This document shows, in pieces, positions 47,660 to 56,236 of a stretch of 64,000 nt of DNA. The stretch comes from Candidatus Marinacidobacterium sp. (GTDB lineage Bacteria; Acidobacteriota; Vicinamibacteria; Marinacidobacterales; Marinacidobacteraceae). Each line of letters begins with the position of its first letter. The stretch's first letter is position 1. The stretch spans positions 1,248,001-1,312,000 of the forward strand of contig OZ244852.1 of NCBI GenBank assembly GCA_965220965.1. The letters run 5' to 3'. Under the pieces are notes generated by a model. The model did no database searches. It saw only the letters and a program-made list of their open reading frames with translations, and was not told the DNA's origin. A program made the translations under genes and the position numbers.

Positions 47660-48909
47660 CGGAGCCGGATGCGGTCGAACCCCTCCCAGGGAGAGGCGTC
47701 GGAAAGTACCACCGAATCCCCCTCGGAGAGCCCTTCCACGACCTCCACCAGGTTCACCGAAGCCCTCCCGAGCCGGACCGGGGTGCGCACCGCGTGTTCC
47801 CCGTCCGGCGCGAGCCGGAAGAGCTCCACCGTGTCTCCCTCCTGGCCGAAGGCCGGGCGCCCCACGTGGACCACATCGGCGAGCCGGGCGATCTCGACGA
47901 GCCCGTCCACCGAGAGATCGCTGCGCGCGCCTCGCGGGAGTTCCCCCCGAAGCGCGACATCCACGGTAACCGCCCCGTCAGTCACTGCGGGGTCCACCCG
48001 GGTCACGTCGCCGGGGACGATGCCGTCGCGGGTGTCCACCCGGACCGCCTGGCCGACCTCGATGTCCTTGGCCTGCACCTCGGCGATCCGGAGCTCGGCC
48101 TTCAGGCGGGTGGGCTCCGCCACCCGGGCCAGGTCGTCCCCGACCCGCACCTGCTGGCCGGCTTCGACCCGGATCTCCTGGATGACGCCCCGGATCCCGG
48201 CGCGGACCGCGAGCCGCGCCACGTCCTCCCTCCGCTGTTCGGCCACGGCGCGGAGCCGCTCCACCCCGGCCTCCTCCGCTTCCATCCCGGCCGCCGCCGT
48301 CGCCTCGGCGAGCCGCAACCGTTCGGCTTCGCGGGCGGCCCGGGTCGCAAGCTCCTCGGCGGCGCTCACGCTGTCCTCGAGCGCGATCCGCCCGATGATG
48401 CCCTCGGCGTGGATCTCGCGGTCCGCCTCGGCGTCGAGGGCGGCCTGGCGCGCCTCGGCCTCGACGGAAGCGAGCACCGACCGCTGGGTCAGCACCTGGC
48501 GCCGGAGCTGGACGCGGCGGTCGTCGAGGTTCGCCTCGGCGGCGGCGAGTTCGAGCTCGGCGCTCTCGAGCTGCTGTGTCGCCTCGGGGTTCTCGAGCGT
48601 GAGGATGACGCTGTCCGCCTCGACGGCGGTCCCCGGCGGGGCGTGGACCCGGGTGACCCGGCCACCCACCGAGGCGGCGATCCGGCGCTCGTCCACCGGG
48701 ACGAGGGTTCCCGGTCCGCGAACGCTCAGCACCATCTCCCCCCGCCGGACGCTGTCGATGAAGACGGTGTCCCGCTCCACCAGCGGGACCGCGGGGTCGA
48801 GGCCGAGCGTGAAGGCGACGAGCGCGGCGAGCGCAAGCGCGCCGGCGCCGCCCAGCAGGAACTGCCGGCGGCGACGAAGTTCGCGGACGCCCTCGCGCTT
48901 TACGTCCAT
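47656..48909 (-). CDS. HlyD/MacA-type periplasmic adaptor subunit
   Basis: MDVKRE + TM, VRGPGTLVP, coiled-coil, VRAGIRGV lipoyl motif, VVLSD. Confidence 0.88.
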   Translation of the reverse strand: MDVKREGVRELRRRRQFLLGGAGALALAALVAFTLGLDPAVPLVERDTVFIDSVRRGEMVLSVRGPGTLVPVDERRIAASVGGRVTRVHAPPGTAVEADSVILTLENPEATQQLESAELELAAAEANLDDRRVQLRRQVLTQRSVLASVEAEARQAALDAEADREIHAEGIIGRIALEDSVSAAEELATRAAREAERLRLAEATAAAGMEAEEAGVERLRAVAEQRREDVARLAVRAGIRGVIQEIRVEAGQQVRVGDDLARVAEPTRLKAELRIAEVQAKDIEVGQAVRVDTRDGIVPGDVTRVDPAVTDGAVTVDVALRGELPRGARSDLSVDGLVEIARLADVVHVGRPAFGQEGDTVELFRLAPDGEHAVRTPVRLGRASVNLVEVVEGLSEGDSVVLSDASPWEGFDRIRLR

Positions 48910-48923
48910 GGCCTGACCGCTGT

Positions 48924-50942
48924 TCAACGCCGCGCGCCGGGAGACGTTCCCGGACCGCGGGCGCGCGCCCCACCCGGGTCGCCCTCGGCGTCGGTGGCGG
49001 GGACGGTCGGCGGGACGATGGGCTGGCTCCCGAGCAGCGAGCGTCCCGGCAGGTCGGGGTCGGTCGGCATCCCCAACAGATCGAGCGCGGTGGGGACGAC
49101 GTCGAGCGCACTGGCCCGGGGCCAGCGCGAACCCGGCGCGATGCGGGGGCCCCACGCCCCGAGCACGCCGAGCATGTCGCGCCGCGTCGGCAGGTAGCCG
49201 TGGTTCCCGGCGGGGAGCGCCGGCTCGACGACCGCGGCCCCGGGAAGCGCCGACGCCACCCAGCCCGGCGCGAGGATGGGGAACAGGTCTCCGGTGGAGT
49301 CCCCTCCGGGCTGCACCGGTCCGTCCGCCGACTCGGTGACGAAACCGGTCACGATGCGCGCCCCATCCGGCCCCCGGATCGCGAGCAGCGCCTCGCGCGC
49401 CTGGTCCAGGACTTCGGCCTCCTCAGCGGGCGGGACGATGCCGCCGGGCCGCGCCGAGCGGTTCACCGCGACGCTGCCGTCGGCGGTCGTCAGCAGCATG
49501 GCGCGCGTGCGGCTCAGGTCGGGAAGCCCGTCCTCGCCGAACGCGAGCAGTCCGGCGCGCTCGAGCGCCTCGTTCAGGTGAACGCGGCGGTCGGTCCCCG
49601 CCATGCCGTGGTCGCTGACCACCAGCACGTGGCCTCCGGAGTCCCAGGCCATGTTGAGCATCCGTCCCAGAACCCGGTCCACGTCTTCGAATACCCGGGC
49701 GAGGACCGGCCACAGGTGGGAAGCGAGCTCCGGGTCGTGGGAGCGGAGGGCCTCGTCGAGGTAGCCGACGAGCAGGTGCCCGGCTTCGTCGGCGATCCCC
49801 ATGTAGAGCGCGATCAGGTCCTGGTCGGGAATCTGCGCCGCCGCCGCCAGTTGGTCGAGGGTTATGTCCCGGACGAGGGCGGAGATCTCGAGGAGCCGCT
49901 CTTCGGCGGTCCCGTCGCCCCCATCAAGGCGCGTCGGACCCAGCCGGCCCGAGACGTAGTCGGGGAGGCCCAGGGTGCGCGGCCAGGAGGGCGAGCCGAG
50001 GCGCGCGGTCCAGTCGCCGGCGGACCAACCGTCCGCCGGATGAAGGCCCACCTCGCTGGCGCCGCTCCGATACACGAGGAAGCGCGCGGGGGAGGAGGCG
50101 TCCCCCGGATCCGCGGCGAACGCCCGGACCTGGAACTCCACCCGCCCGCCGGCGACATCCGCCTGCGCGCCGACCGGGACCGAGAAGCCGCCCCCGGGCC
50201 CCACCGCGGCCCGGGCGAGGAACACCGGCGGTTCGGGGGCCGGGTCGGGCAGGACGCCGAAGGTGTCCCATCCCTCCCCGGCAAGCATCGGATCCTCGAG
50301 GAACACGCCGAGGTAGCTGCTTCCCGCCACCTGGAAGCGGAACGCGGCTTCGAGCCCGCCCGGGACCTCCTCTGGCGGCAGCAGGGGATTCCGCTCCTCG
50401 CTGAGCACCGCCGGGTTCAGCCGGAGGTCCCCGAACCCGGTCAGGATCGCGACCCGCTCCCGGTCGGGAGGGTCGAGCCGCGCGAGAGCGGCGTCGAGCG
50501 GCCAGGTGTGCGTCGTGTGGAGCGCCACCGCCCGTCCCCCGGCGCGCGCCACCCGGATCCACAGCGGATCCTCGCGCAGGATCTCCGACGAGAACCCGCT
50601 CACCGTGTCCAGCAGCGAATGCGACTCCGGAGGCAGCGCGAGCACCGAGTTGCCTGTGATGCCGTTCTTCCGTCCCGGATACCCGGTCCAGAGCATGGCG
50701 AACGAGGGCGCCGTCTTGGACGGGAAGGCGGTGACCATCCCGTCGGCGAGCGCCCCCTCGTCGCGGACCCGGGCGAAGTTGGGCAGCCGCCCCTCGCGCA
50801 GGAAACGGAGCACGATTTCGTGAGCGCCGCCATCGACCGCGAGGACGAAGAGCTGCTCCGCGGATCCGGCCGGCGCCGCGAGCGTGGCGCACAGGAACAC
50901 GCCGGCGAGCGCGGTTCCGGCCCCCGCGCCGCGCCTCGTCAT
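48924..50942 (-). CDS. Alkaline phosphatase superfamily / type I phosphodiesterase, secreted
   Basis: LAVDG, FPSKTAPS..TG..P..GI, DEAGH, VVSDHGM, GNHG, DVVPT. Confidence 0.85.
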   Translation of the reverse strand: MTRRGAGAGTALAGVFLCATLAAPAGSAEQLFVLAVDGGAHEIVLRFLREGRLPNFARVRDEGALADGMVTAFPSKTAPSFAMLWTGYPGRKNGITGNSVLALPPESHSLLDTVSGFSSEILREDPLWIRVARAGGRAVALHTTHTWPLDAALARLDPPDRERVAILTGFGDLRLNPAVLSEERNPLLPPEEVPGGLEAAFRFQVAGSSYLGVFLEDPMLAGEGWDTFGVLPDPAPEPPVFLARAAVGPGGGFSVPVGAQADVAGGRVEFQVRAFAADPGDASSPARFLVYRSGASEVGLHPADGWSAGDWTARLGSPSWPRTLGLPDYVSGRLGPTRLDGGDGTAEERLLEISALVRDITLDQLAAAAQIPDQDLIALYMGIADEAGHLLVGYLDEALRSHDPELASHLWPVLARVFEDVDRVLGRMLNMAWDSGGHVLVVSDHGMAGTDRRVHLNEALERAGLLAFGEDGLPDLSRTRAMLLTTADGSVAVNRSARPGGIVPPAEEAEVLDQAREALLAIRGPDGARIVTGFVTESADGPVQPGGDSTGDLFPILAPGWVASALPGAAVVEPALPAGNHGYLPTRRDMLGVLGAWGPRIAPGSRWPRASALDVVPTALDLLGMPTDPDLPGRSLLGSQPIVPPTVPATDAEGDPGGARARGPGTSPGARR

Positions 50943-51079
50943 GGCCGGAAACCCTACCCGAGCAACGCGGCGCGGGAGGGCCCTTCCGGGGCTTTCCGCC
51001 GCCCCCGGATCCGCCTTCGCGGCGCCCGATTCCTGTCCGGCATCCGCCCAATTCGGCCGGGATCCACCGGATCAGGCTG

Positions 51080-51303
51080 CTAGCAGCCCGTTGACAAAGT
51101 TCCGCGGCCCGGTTCTCCCGGTAGGGGCTCGAGCGGCGATGGCCCCCACCGGGAGGACTGGCCCCGCCCGAATCACGCCCCTTCGGGGCGCTCGTCGTTG
51201 CGTTTCGCTCGGAATATTCCCGATATTCCTCGCTCACGCGCCTTGTCGGCCGGGCGCCTCACCGCTCTCGGCGCTGCACGCGACTTCATCAACGGGCTGC
51301 TAG
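51080..51303. mobile_element. MITE-like non-autonomous element with terminal inverted repeats and CTAG flanks
   Basis: CTAG-CAGCCCGTTGACAAAGT ... ACTTCATCAACGGGCTG-CTAG; several internal hairpins; no transposase. Confidence 0.75.
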
Positions 51304-51311
51304 GATGAATC

Positions 51312-51713
51312 GTGGTGCGCCAGGACACGTTCACTTCGAGCGCGGTCACGAACGGGATCCGCGTGGATGTCGAGGCGCGTTTCGCCGACGAGCGGCATGA
51401 GCCGGAGCCATCCTGGCTCTTCCAGTACGACATCGCGATCACCAACGAGTCGCAGGAGATGGTCCGCCTGCTCGCCCGCCACTGGGTCATCGAGCACGGC
51501 GAGGAGCATGTCGAGGAGGTCCGCGGACCCGGCGTTGTAGGCGCCCGCCCCTACCTCGTGCCCGGCGAGTCCTTCCGCTACACCTCGTGGTGCCCGCTGC
51601 GCACGCCCTTCGGCATGATGCGCGGGACCTACACGATGGAGGTTCCCGGCGGCAAGAAGTTCAAGGTCGAGATCGCGCCGTTCACCCTGAGCCGGCCGGT
51701 CACTCTCCACTGA
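51312..51713 (+). CDS. apaG: ApaG protein
   Basis: FQYDIAITN, LLARHWVI, EVRGPGVVG, YTSWCPL.TP.G.M.G.Y. Confidence 0.93.
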   Translation: MVRQDTFTSSAVTNGIRVDVEARFADERHEPEPSWLFQYDIAITNESQEMVRLLARHWVIEHGEEHVEEVRGPGVVGARPYLVPGESFRYTSWCPLRTPFGMMRGTYTMEVPGGKKFKVEIAPFTLSRPVTLH

Positions 51714-51741
51714 GGGCCGCCGGGCCCCCGCGCCGATCGCC

Positions 51742-52578
51742 GTGGCGACCCGGAGCCTGCCGCGCCCCCGCGTGCGTCGCCGGAAACCGGCGATGGCGGA
51801 GCGCGCCGACCGCTACGAGCTCTACCAGAACTCGGTCCAGGACGCTCCCACCGACGCCGCCTTCCTCGACGACGAGTTCCACCGCCGTCGGGGTCGCCGG
51901 GCTGACTCGTTCCGCGAGGACTTCTGCGGCACGGCCGCCCTCTCGTGCGAGTTCGCGGCGCGGCGTCCGGAGAGCGAGGCGTTCGGCGTGGACATCGACG
52001 AGGATCCGCTCGACTGGGGGCGCCGCCACAACCTGGCGGGGCTGAGCCGGTCGGAGCGCGCCCGCGTCCACCTGCTCCACAGCGACGTCCTCGACGTCGC
52101 CGGGCCGAAGGTGGACCTCGTGGCGGCGATGAACTTCAGTTACTGGATCTTCGAGACCCGCGACCGGATGCGCGCCTACTTCGAGCAGGTGCGGGCGGCG
52201 CTGTCCCCGGATGGCCTCTTCTTCGCGGACGCCTACGGCGGCTCGGACTGCCATGAAGAGAAGGAGTACGCCCGGGAGGAGGACGGCTTCACCTTCATCT
52301 GGGACCAGGTGGCCTTCGACCCCCTCAGCGGGCGGATGCGCTGCGCCATCCACTACGAGTTCCCGGACGGCAGCCGGCTCCGGAACGCGTTCCGCTACCA
52401 GTGGCGCTTCTGGTCGCTGCCCGAGCTGCGGGAGCTGCTCGAGGAGGCCGGCTTCCGGCGCACCGCGATCCTCTGGGAGGGCGCCGACGAGAATGGCGAC
52501 GGAAACGGCGTCTTCGAGGAAGTCGACGAAGGCTCCGCCGACGAGACCTGGATCGCCTACCTGGTGAGCGAGCCGTAA
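51742..52578 (+). CDS. Class I SAM-dependent methyltransferase
   Basis: LYQNSVQ, REDFCGTA, GVDID, AMNFSYW, FRYQWRFWSLPE; alternative start ATG 51793. Confidence 0.82.
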   Translation: MATRSLPRPRVRRRKPAMAERADRYELYQNSVQDAPTDAAFLDDEFHRRRGRRADSFREDFCGTAALSCEFAARRPESEAFGVDIDEDPLDWGRRHNLAGLSRSERARVHLLHSDVLDVAGPKVDLVAAMNFSYWIFETRDRMRAYFEQVRAALSPDGLFFADAYGGSDCHEEKEYAREEDGFTFIWDQVAFDPLSGRMRCAIHYEFPDGSRLRNAFRYQWRFWSLPELRELLEEAGFRRTAILWEGADENGDGNGVFEEVDEGSADETWIAYLVSEP

Positions 52579-52594
52579 ACGAGGGTTAACCACC

Positions 52595-53077
52595 ATGCCA
52601 ACAGCATCACTCGACGACTTTCTCCCGGCGGAGACAGAAGCGCCCGCCCTGGGCCCGATCGCGAGCGACCTCGTCGGCGGCGCCGGCGCGGACTACCTCT
52701 CGCCCGAATATCGGGCCATGGGCAGGCGCAACCGGCGCCTGGCGCTGGAATGCCTCGAAAGGGGCGACCATCGCCAGGCCCCCGAGAAGGCCTGGGCGGC
52801 CTTCGCGCAGGCCGTCAAGATCGCCAGCGCCGGGCGGGGAATCCCCGCGAGGCTCCACACTCCGATCGTGAGCGTCGCGCAGGCATTCACCGAGTTGGCG
52901 AGCGATGTGGACCCGTGCGCATCGGAGCGCCTCCAGCATGGGCTGACCACGGCCCGGAGCCTCCATATGCATCTCCGCGAGAACGATCTGTCGCCGGGGC
53001 TGGTGGCGTCCCATGTCGCCGAGGTGCTCGAGGCGCTGGACGTGCTGGATGCGATGACGGGGTCGAACCCCGCCTGA
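52595..53077 (+). CDS. PaREP1/HEPN-like protein (degenerate)
   Basis: QAPEKAWAA...AVK and ARSLHMHLREN resemble the PaREP1 pattern QASEK.W / LH.NFYE. Confidence 0.6.
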   Translation: MPTASLDDFLPAETEAPALGPIASDLVGGAGADYLSPEYRAMGRRNRRLALECLERGDHRQAPEKAWAAFAQAVKIASAGRGIPARLHTPIVSVAQAFTELASDVDPCASERLQHGLTTARSLHMHLRENDLSPGLVASHVAEVLEALDVLDAMTGSNPA

Positions 53078-53841
53078 TGACGAGCGAACCGGCGGCTTCC
53101 GGGTCCCCGCCGGAGGACGATCGGCCCCGCCGGCGGACGGCCGCGTTCCTGGTCATCGGAAACGAGATCCTGTCCGGCAAGGTCGCCGACACGAACACCG
53201 GGCGGCTGGCCCGGCTGCTCCGCGGCAAGGGGATCGAGCTGCGACGGGTCGTGACCATTCCCGACGACCCCGGAGCAATCGCGGCGGAGACGGCCTCGCT
53301 CTCCGGATCGCATGACCTGGTCTTCACCTCGGGCGGGGTGGGCGGCACCCACGACGATCTCACGATGGAGGGCGTCGCGCGAGCCTTCGGCGCGAGGGTG
53401 ATCCACCACGCCGTCTTCCTGGAGGCGCTGCGGAGGCGCGGGCTCGAGACCTCGCACCGCGGTCTCGCCCGGGTTCCCGAGGGAGCAGAACTGCGCGGCG
53501 GGGAGGCGGGCCCGAACGGCCGCTGGCCCGTCGTCGTCATGCGGAACGTCTGGGTCCTGCCGGGCCTTCCGCGCGCGTTCGAGCACAAGATGGAGATCCT
53601 CGAGGACTGCCTCCCCGCCGGGCCGGCGTTCTTCACCGACTCCGAGCTGGTGGCGGGCGCCGAGGAGGCGCTGATCCCGCTGCTGGACCGGGTGGTCGCC
53701 GCGCACCCCGCTGTCCAGATCGGGTCCTACCCGGGACCGGAGGGCACGCGGATTACCTTCGACGGGGACTCCGGGGCGGCCGTCCGGGAGGCGGCGGCGG
53801 CCTTCCGCAAGGCGCTGTCCGGCCACTTCGGGGCACAATGA
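53077..53841 (+). CDS. CinA N-terminal / molybdopterin-binding domain protein
   Basis: IGNEILSGKVADTN, TSGGVGGTHDDLT, VLPGLP, IGSYP. Confidence 0.85.
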   Translation: MTSEPAASGSPPEDDRPRRRTAAFLVIGNEILSGKVADTNTGRLARLLRGKGIELRRVVTIPDDPGAIAAETASLSGSHDLVFTSGGVGGTHDDLTMEGVARAFGARVIHHAVFLEALRRRGLETSHRGLARVPEGAELRGGEAGPNGRWPVVVMRNVWVLPGLPRAFEHKMEILEDCLPAGPAFFTDSELVAGAEEALIPLLDRVVAAHPAVQIGSYPGPEGTRITFDGDSGAAVREAAAAFRKALSGHFGAQ

Positions 53842-55955
53842 ACGGGCATCGCATGTTCCGTCTTTCGTCCCGTCGGGCCCTCCGCGTCCCTCGCGCGGTG
53901 TTTTGGTCGCTTGCGGCTTCCTTCGTCGTGGCCGCCCCCGCCGCCGCCCAGGACGGCCTCCCGCTTTCCGACGCCCACCGCCGGTGGATCGAGGAGGAGG
54001 TCGTCTACATCATCAGCGACCGGGAGAAGGACGCCTTCGAGCGGCTTCAGTCCGAGGCCGAACGGGAGGCGTTCATCGCCTCGTTCTGGCGGCGCCGCGA
54101 CCCGGAGCCGCTCACGCCGCAGAACGAGTTCCGGACCGAGCACTACGAGCGCATCGAGTACGCCAACACCTTCCTCGGCCGCGAGAGCGCGACGCCGGGG
54201 TGGATGACGGATCGCGGTCGGTTCCACATCAAGCTCGGCCCACCCGAAGAGAAGGAGACCTTCCTGTCGATTCCCGGGCTCTATCAGGCGGAACTGTGGT
54301 TCTACCTGGCCCGCGACGAGGCGCTTCTCCCTCCCCTTTACGTGCTCTTCTTCCGGGAGTACAACGCGGGCCCCTACATCCAGTACAACCATCTCATCCA
54401 TCTCCCGGAGGAACTGCTACCGGCCCAGTCCTTCACCGAGGGCGACTCCCGGTTCGAGGCCTACGTGATGCTCCAGGAGATGTCGCCGCAGCTCGCGCAC
54501 GCGTCGATCACGATGCGGGCCGACCGCGGCGTCCAGGCGAGCCTGGTGCAGCCCGAGATGGAGGCGCTCCAGACCCAGACGCTGCTTTCCGACATCGAGC
54601 GAGCCCCCTACCGGCTGCTCGACACGAACTGGGTCAGCGGCGCGGAGGCCGGCCGCGGACTCGTCGAGAGCGAGTACCTCTTCAACTTCATCCCGAGTAG
54701 CGGGCTTGCGCGCGTCCTGCCCGGCGCGGCGCCCGGCTCGTGGTTCGTGCACTACGCCATCGAAATCGAACCACAGCACTTCACGGTCGCCCGCGAGGAG
54801 GACGGCAACGAGTACTTCACCCGGTTCAGCCTCCAGGGCGAGGTGACAACCCCCGACGACGGCGAACTCGTCCACGACTTCGCCGCCACTCCATTCCTGC
54901 GGCTCAGCGAGAGCGAGCTGCAGGCGGTCGGCGCCCGTCCCTTCGCCTACCGGGGAATGTTCCCCCTGATCAGCGGTTCTTTCCGGTTCCGGCTGATCCT
55001 GAAGAACGACGCCCGAACCGAATATACCGTGTTCGAAGACGATCTCGTCGTACCGGACGGCGAGGAGGCCTTCCTTTCGCGGCCCCTGCTGCTCCACGGG
55101 CTCCCGGATCCCGAGGCCGCTCCGGGGCGGGCGTGGGGCGTGGCGAGCGGCCGCCTGGTGGCCAACGCGCGGGGGGTCGCGCCGCGGGGCGCACGCCTGC
55201 GGATCGCCGCCGCGGCGCCCGGTCAGGAGAGCGTGAGTTTCCGGATCGAGCCCTGGAGCGTCACCGGCGAGCCGGGAGCCCTCGCCACACCGGTGCTCGC
55301 GGAGGAGGCGCCGGTCGAGGACGGGCTCGCGCTGTGGCTCCCGGATACCGGCGCGCTCGACTCGGGCCGCTACCTGGTGACCGCAGCCGTCGCCGGGGGC
55401 GAGCGCTCCACGACGCTCGACCTGAACGCGCGGGCGGCGGTCTCCCTGCCCTGGGGCCTCAGCGACTCGCTCGATCCGGACGCGCCGGGCGCCCTCCCCG
55501 CCGCTCTCGGCGAACAGTGGCTGCGGCTGGGCGAGCACGACCGGGCCCGGAGCTCCTTCGAGGCGGCTCTGGCGGCCAACCCCAACCTGGGGCGCGCCCG
55601 GGTCGTCCTGGCGCGATTCGCGCTCGACGAACAGGATCCGCGAACCGCCGTGCGCCTGCTGGAGCCCGCCCTCGCGCAGACGCCGCAGGACATCGGGATC
55701 TTGCGGATTCTCGGTGACGCCCACCGCGAGTCCGGCAACCCGGCCCGCGCCGCGGAGCTCTACGAGCGGTCGCTCCCGCTCCAGGCGCCGGACGCCGACC
55801 TGCTGAACGCGCTCGGCTGGTCGCTGGCGGCCGCCGGGGCGCCGGACCGGGCCGTCTCCTACCTCGAACGGTCGCTGGACCTTCGGCCCGAGCAACCGGA
55901 CATCCGCGAACTGCTGGCGAACCTCCGCGCCAACCTTCGCCCCGAAGAGTTCTGA
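53838..55955 (+). CDS. GWxTD domain protein with C-terminal TPRs
   Basis: WIEEEVVYII, FWRRRDP, GWMTDRG...GPP; C-terminal TPR-like helices. Confidence 0.9.
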   Translation: MNGHRMFRLSSRRALRVPRAVFWSLAASFVVAAPAAAQDGLPLSDAHRRWIEEEVVYIISDREKDAFERLQSEAEREAFIASFWRRRDPEPLTPQNEFRTEHYERIEYANTFLGRESATPGWMTDRGRFHIKLGPPEEKETFLSIPGLYQAELWFYLARDEALLPPLYVLFFREYNAGPYIQYNHLIHLPEELLPAQSFTEGDSRFEAYVMLQEMSPQLAHASITMRADRGVQASLVQPEMEALQTQTLLSDIERAPYRLLDTNWVSGAEAGRGLVESEYLFNFIPSSGLARVLPGAAPGSWFVHYAIEIEPQHFTVAREEDGNEYFTRFSLQGEVTTPDDGELVHDFAATPFLRLSESELQAVGARPFAYRGMFPLISGSFRFRLILKNDARTEYTVFEDDLVVPDGEEAFLSRPLLLHGLPDPEAAPGRAWGVASGRLVANARGVAPRGARLRIAAAAPGQESVSFRIEPWSVTGEPGALATPVLAEEAPVEDGLALWLPDTGALDSGRYLVTAAVAGGERSTTLDLNARAAVSLPWGLSDSLDPDAPGALPAALGEQWLRLGEHDRARSSFEAALAANPNLGRARVVLARFALDEQDPRTAVRLLEPALAQTPQDIGILRILGDAHRESGNPARAAELYERSLPLQAPDADLLNALGWSLAAAGAPDRAVSYLERSLDLRPEQPDIRELLANLRANLRPEEF

Positions 55956-56095
55956 CGGCGACGGGGCCGAGCCACGTCGTCACGCCCCGACCCTGCGGAA
56001 TCCGGCGGAACGGCGTCCGGGGTCCGGCATTTTGGACAGCGACGAAGCCCCGGCGGACTCGCAGGGGTCATCACGGAATCACAGTCGACGACCCG

Positions 56096-56150
56096 TCAAC
56101 GAGTTACGTTGCTCGGCACGGCCAGAGCGTTTTTCTGGCATAATCGTTGC
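56096..56150 (+). promoter_or_regulatory. Putative sigma54 (-24/-12) promoter with upstream IHF-like site
   Basis: TGGCATAATCGTTGC 56136-56150 (GG-N10-GC); TCAACGAGTTA 56096-56106 is a partial IHF match. Confidence 0.6.
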
Positions 56151-56236
56151 CCGCCTTTGGCGCAAACCCGGGTCTGGAGCCCGGATCCTTGATCTCCAGT
56201 TCTCTCATTTCCAGGCATTTCCATCCAGGAGGAACC

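Noticed and set aside
51091-51120. TTGACA as a sigma70 -35 element
   Set aside because: No recognisable -10 at proper spacing; the hexamer is part of the MITE terminal repeat
51100-51290. SRP or 6S RNA candidate
   Set aside because: Lacks the SRP GGAAG/AGCAG loop; better explained by the inverted-repeat-bounded element
55990-56069. Imperfect inverted repeat downstream of the GWxTD gene
   Set aside because: Several mismatches in GC-rich DNA and no U-tract; not distinguishable from chance
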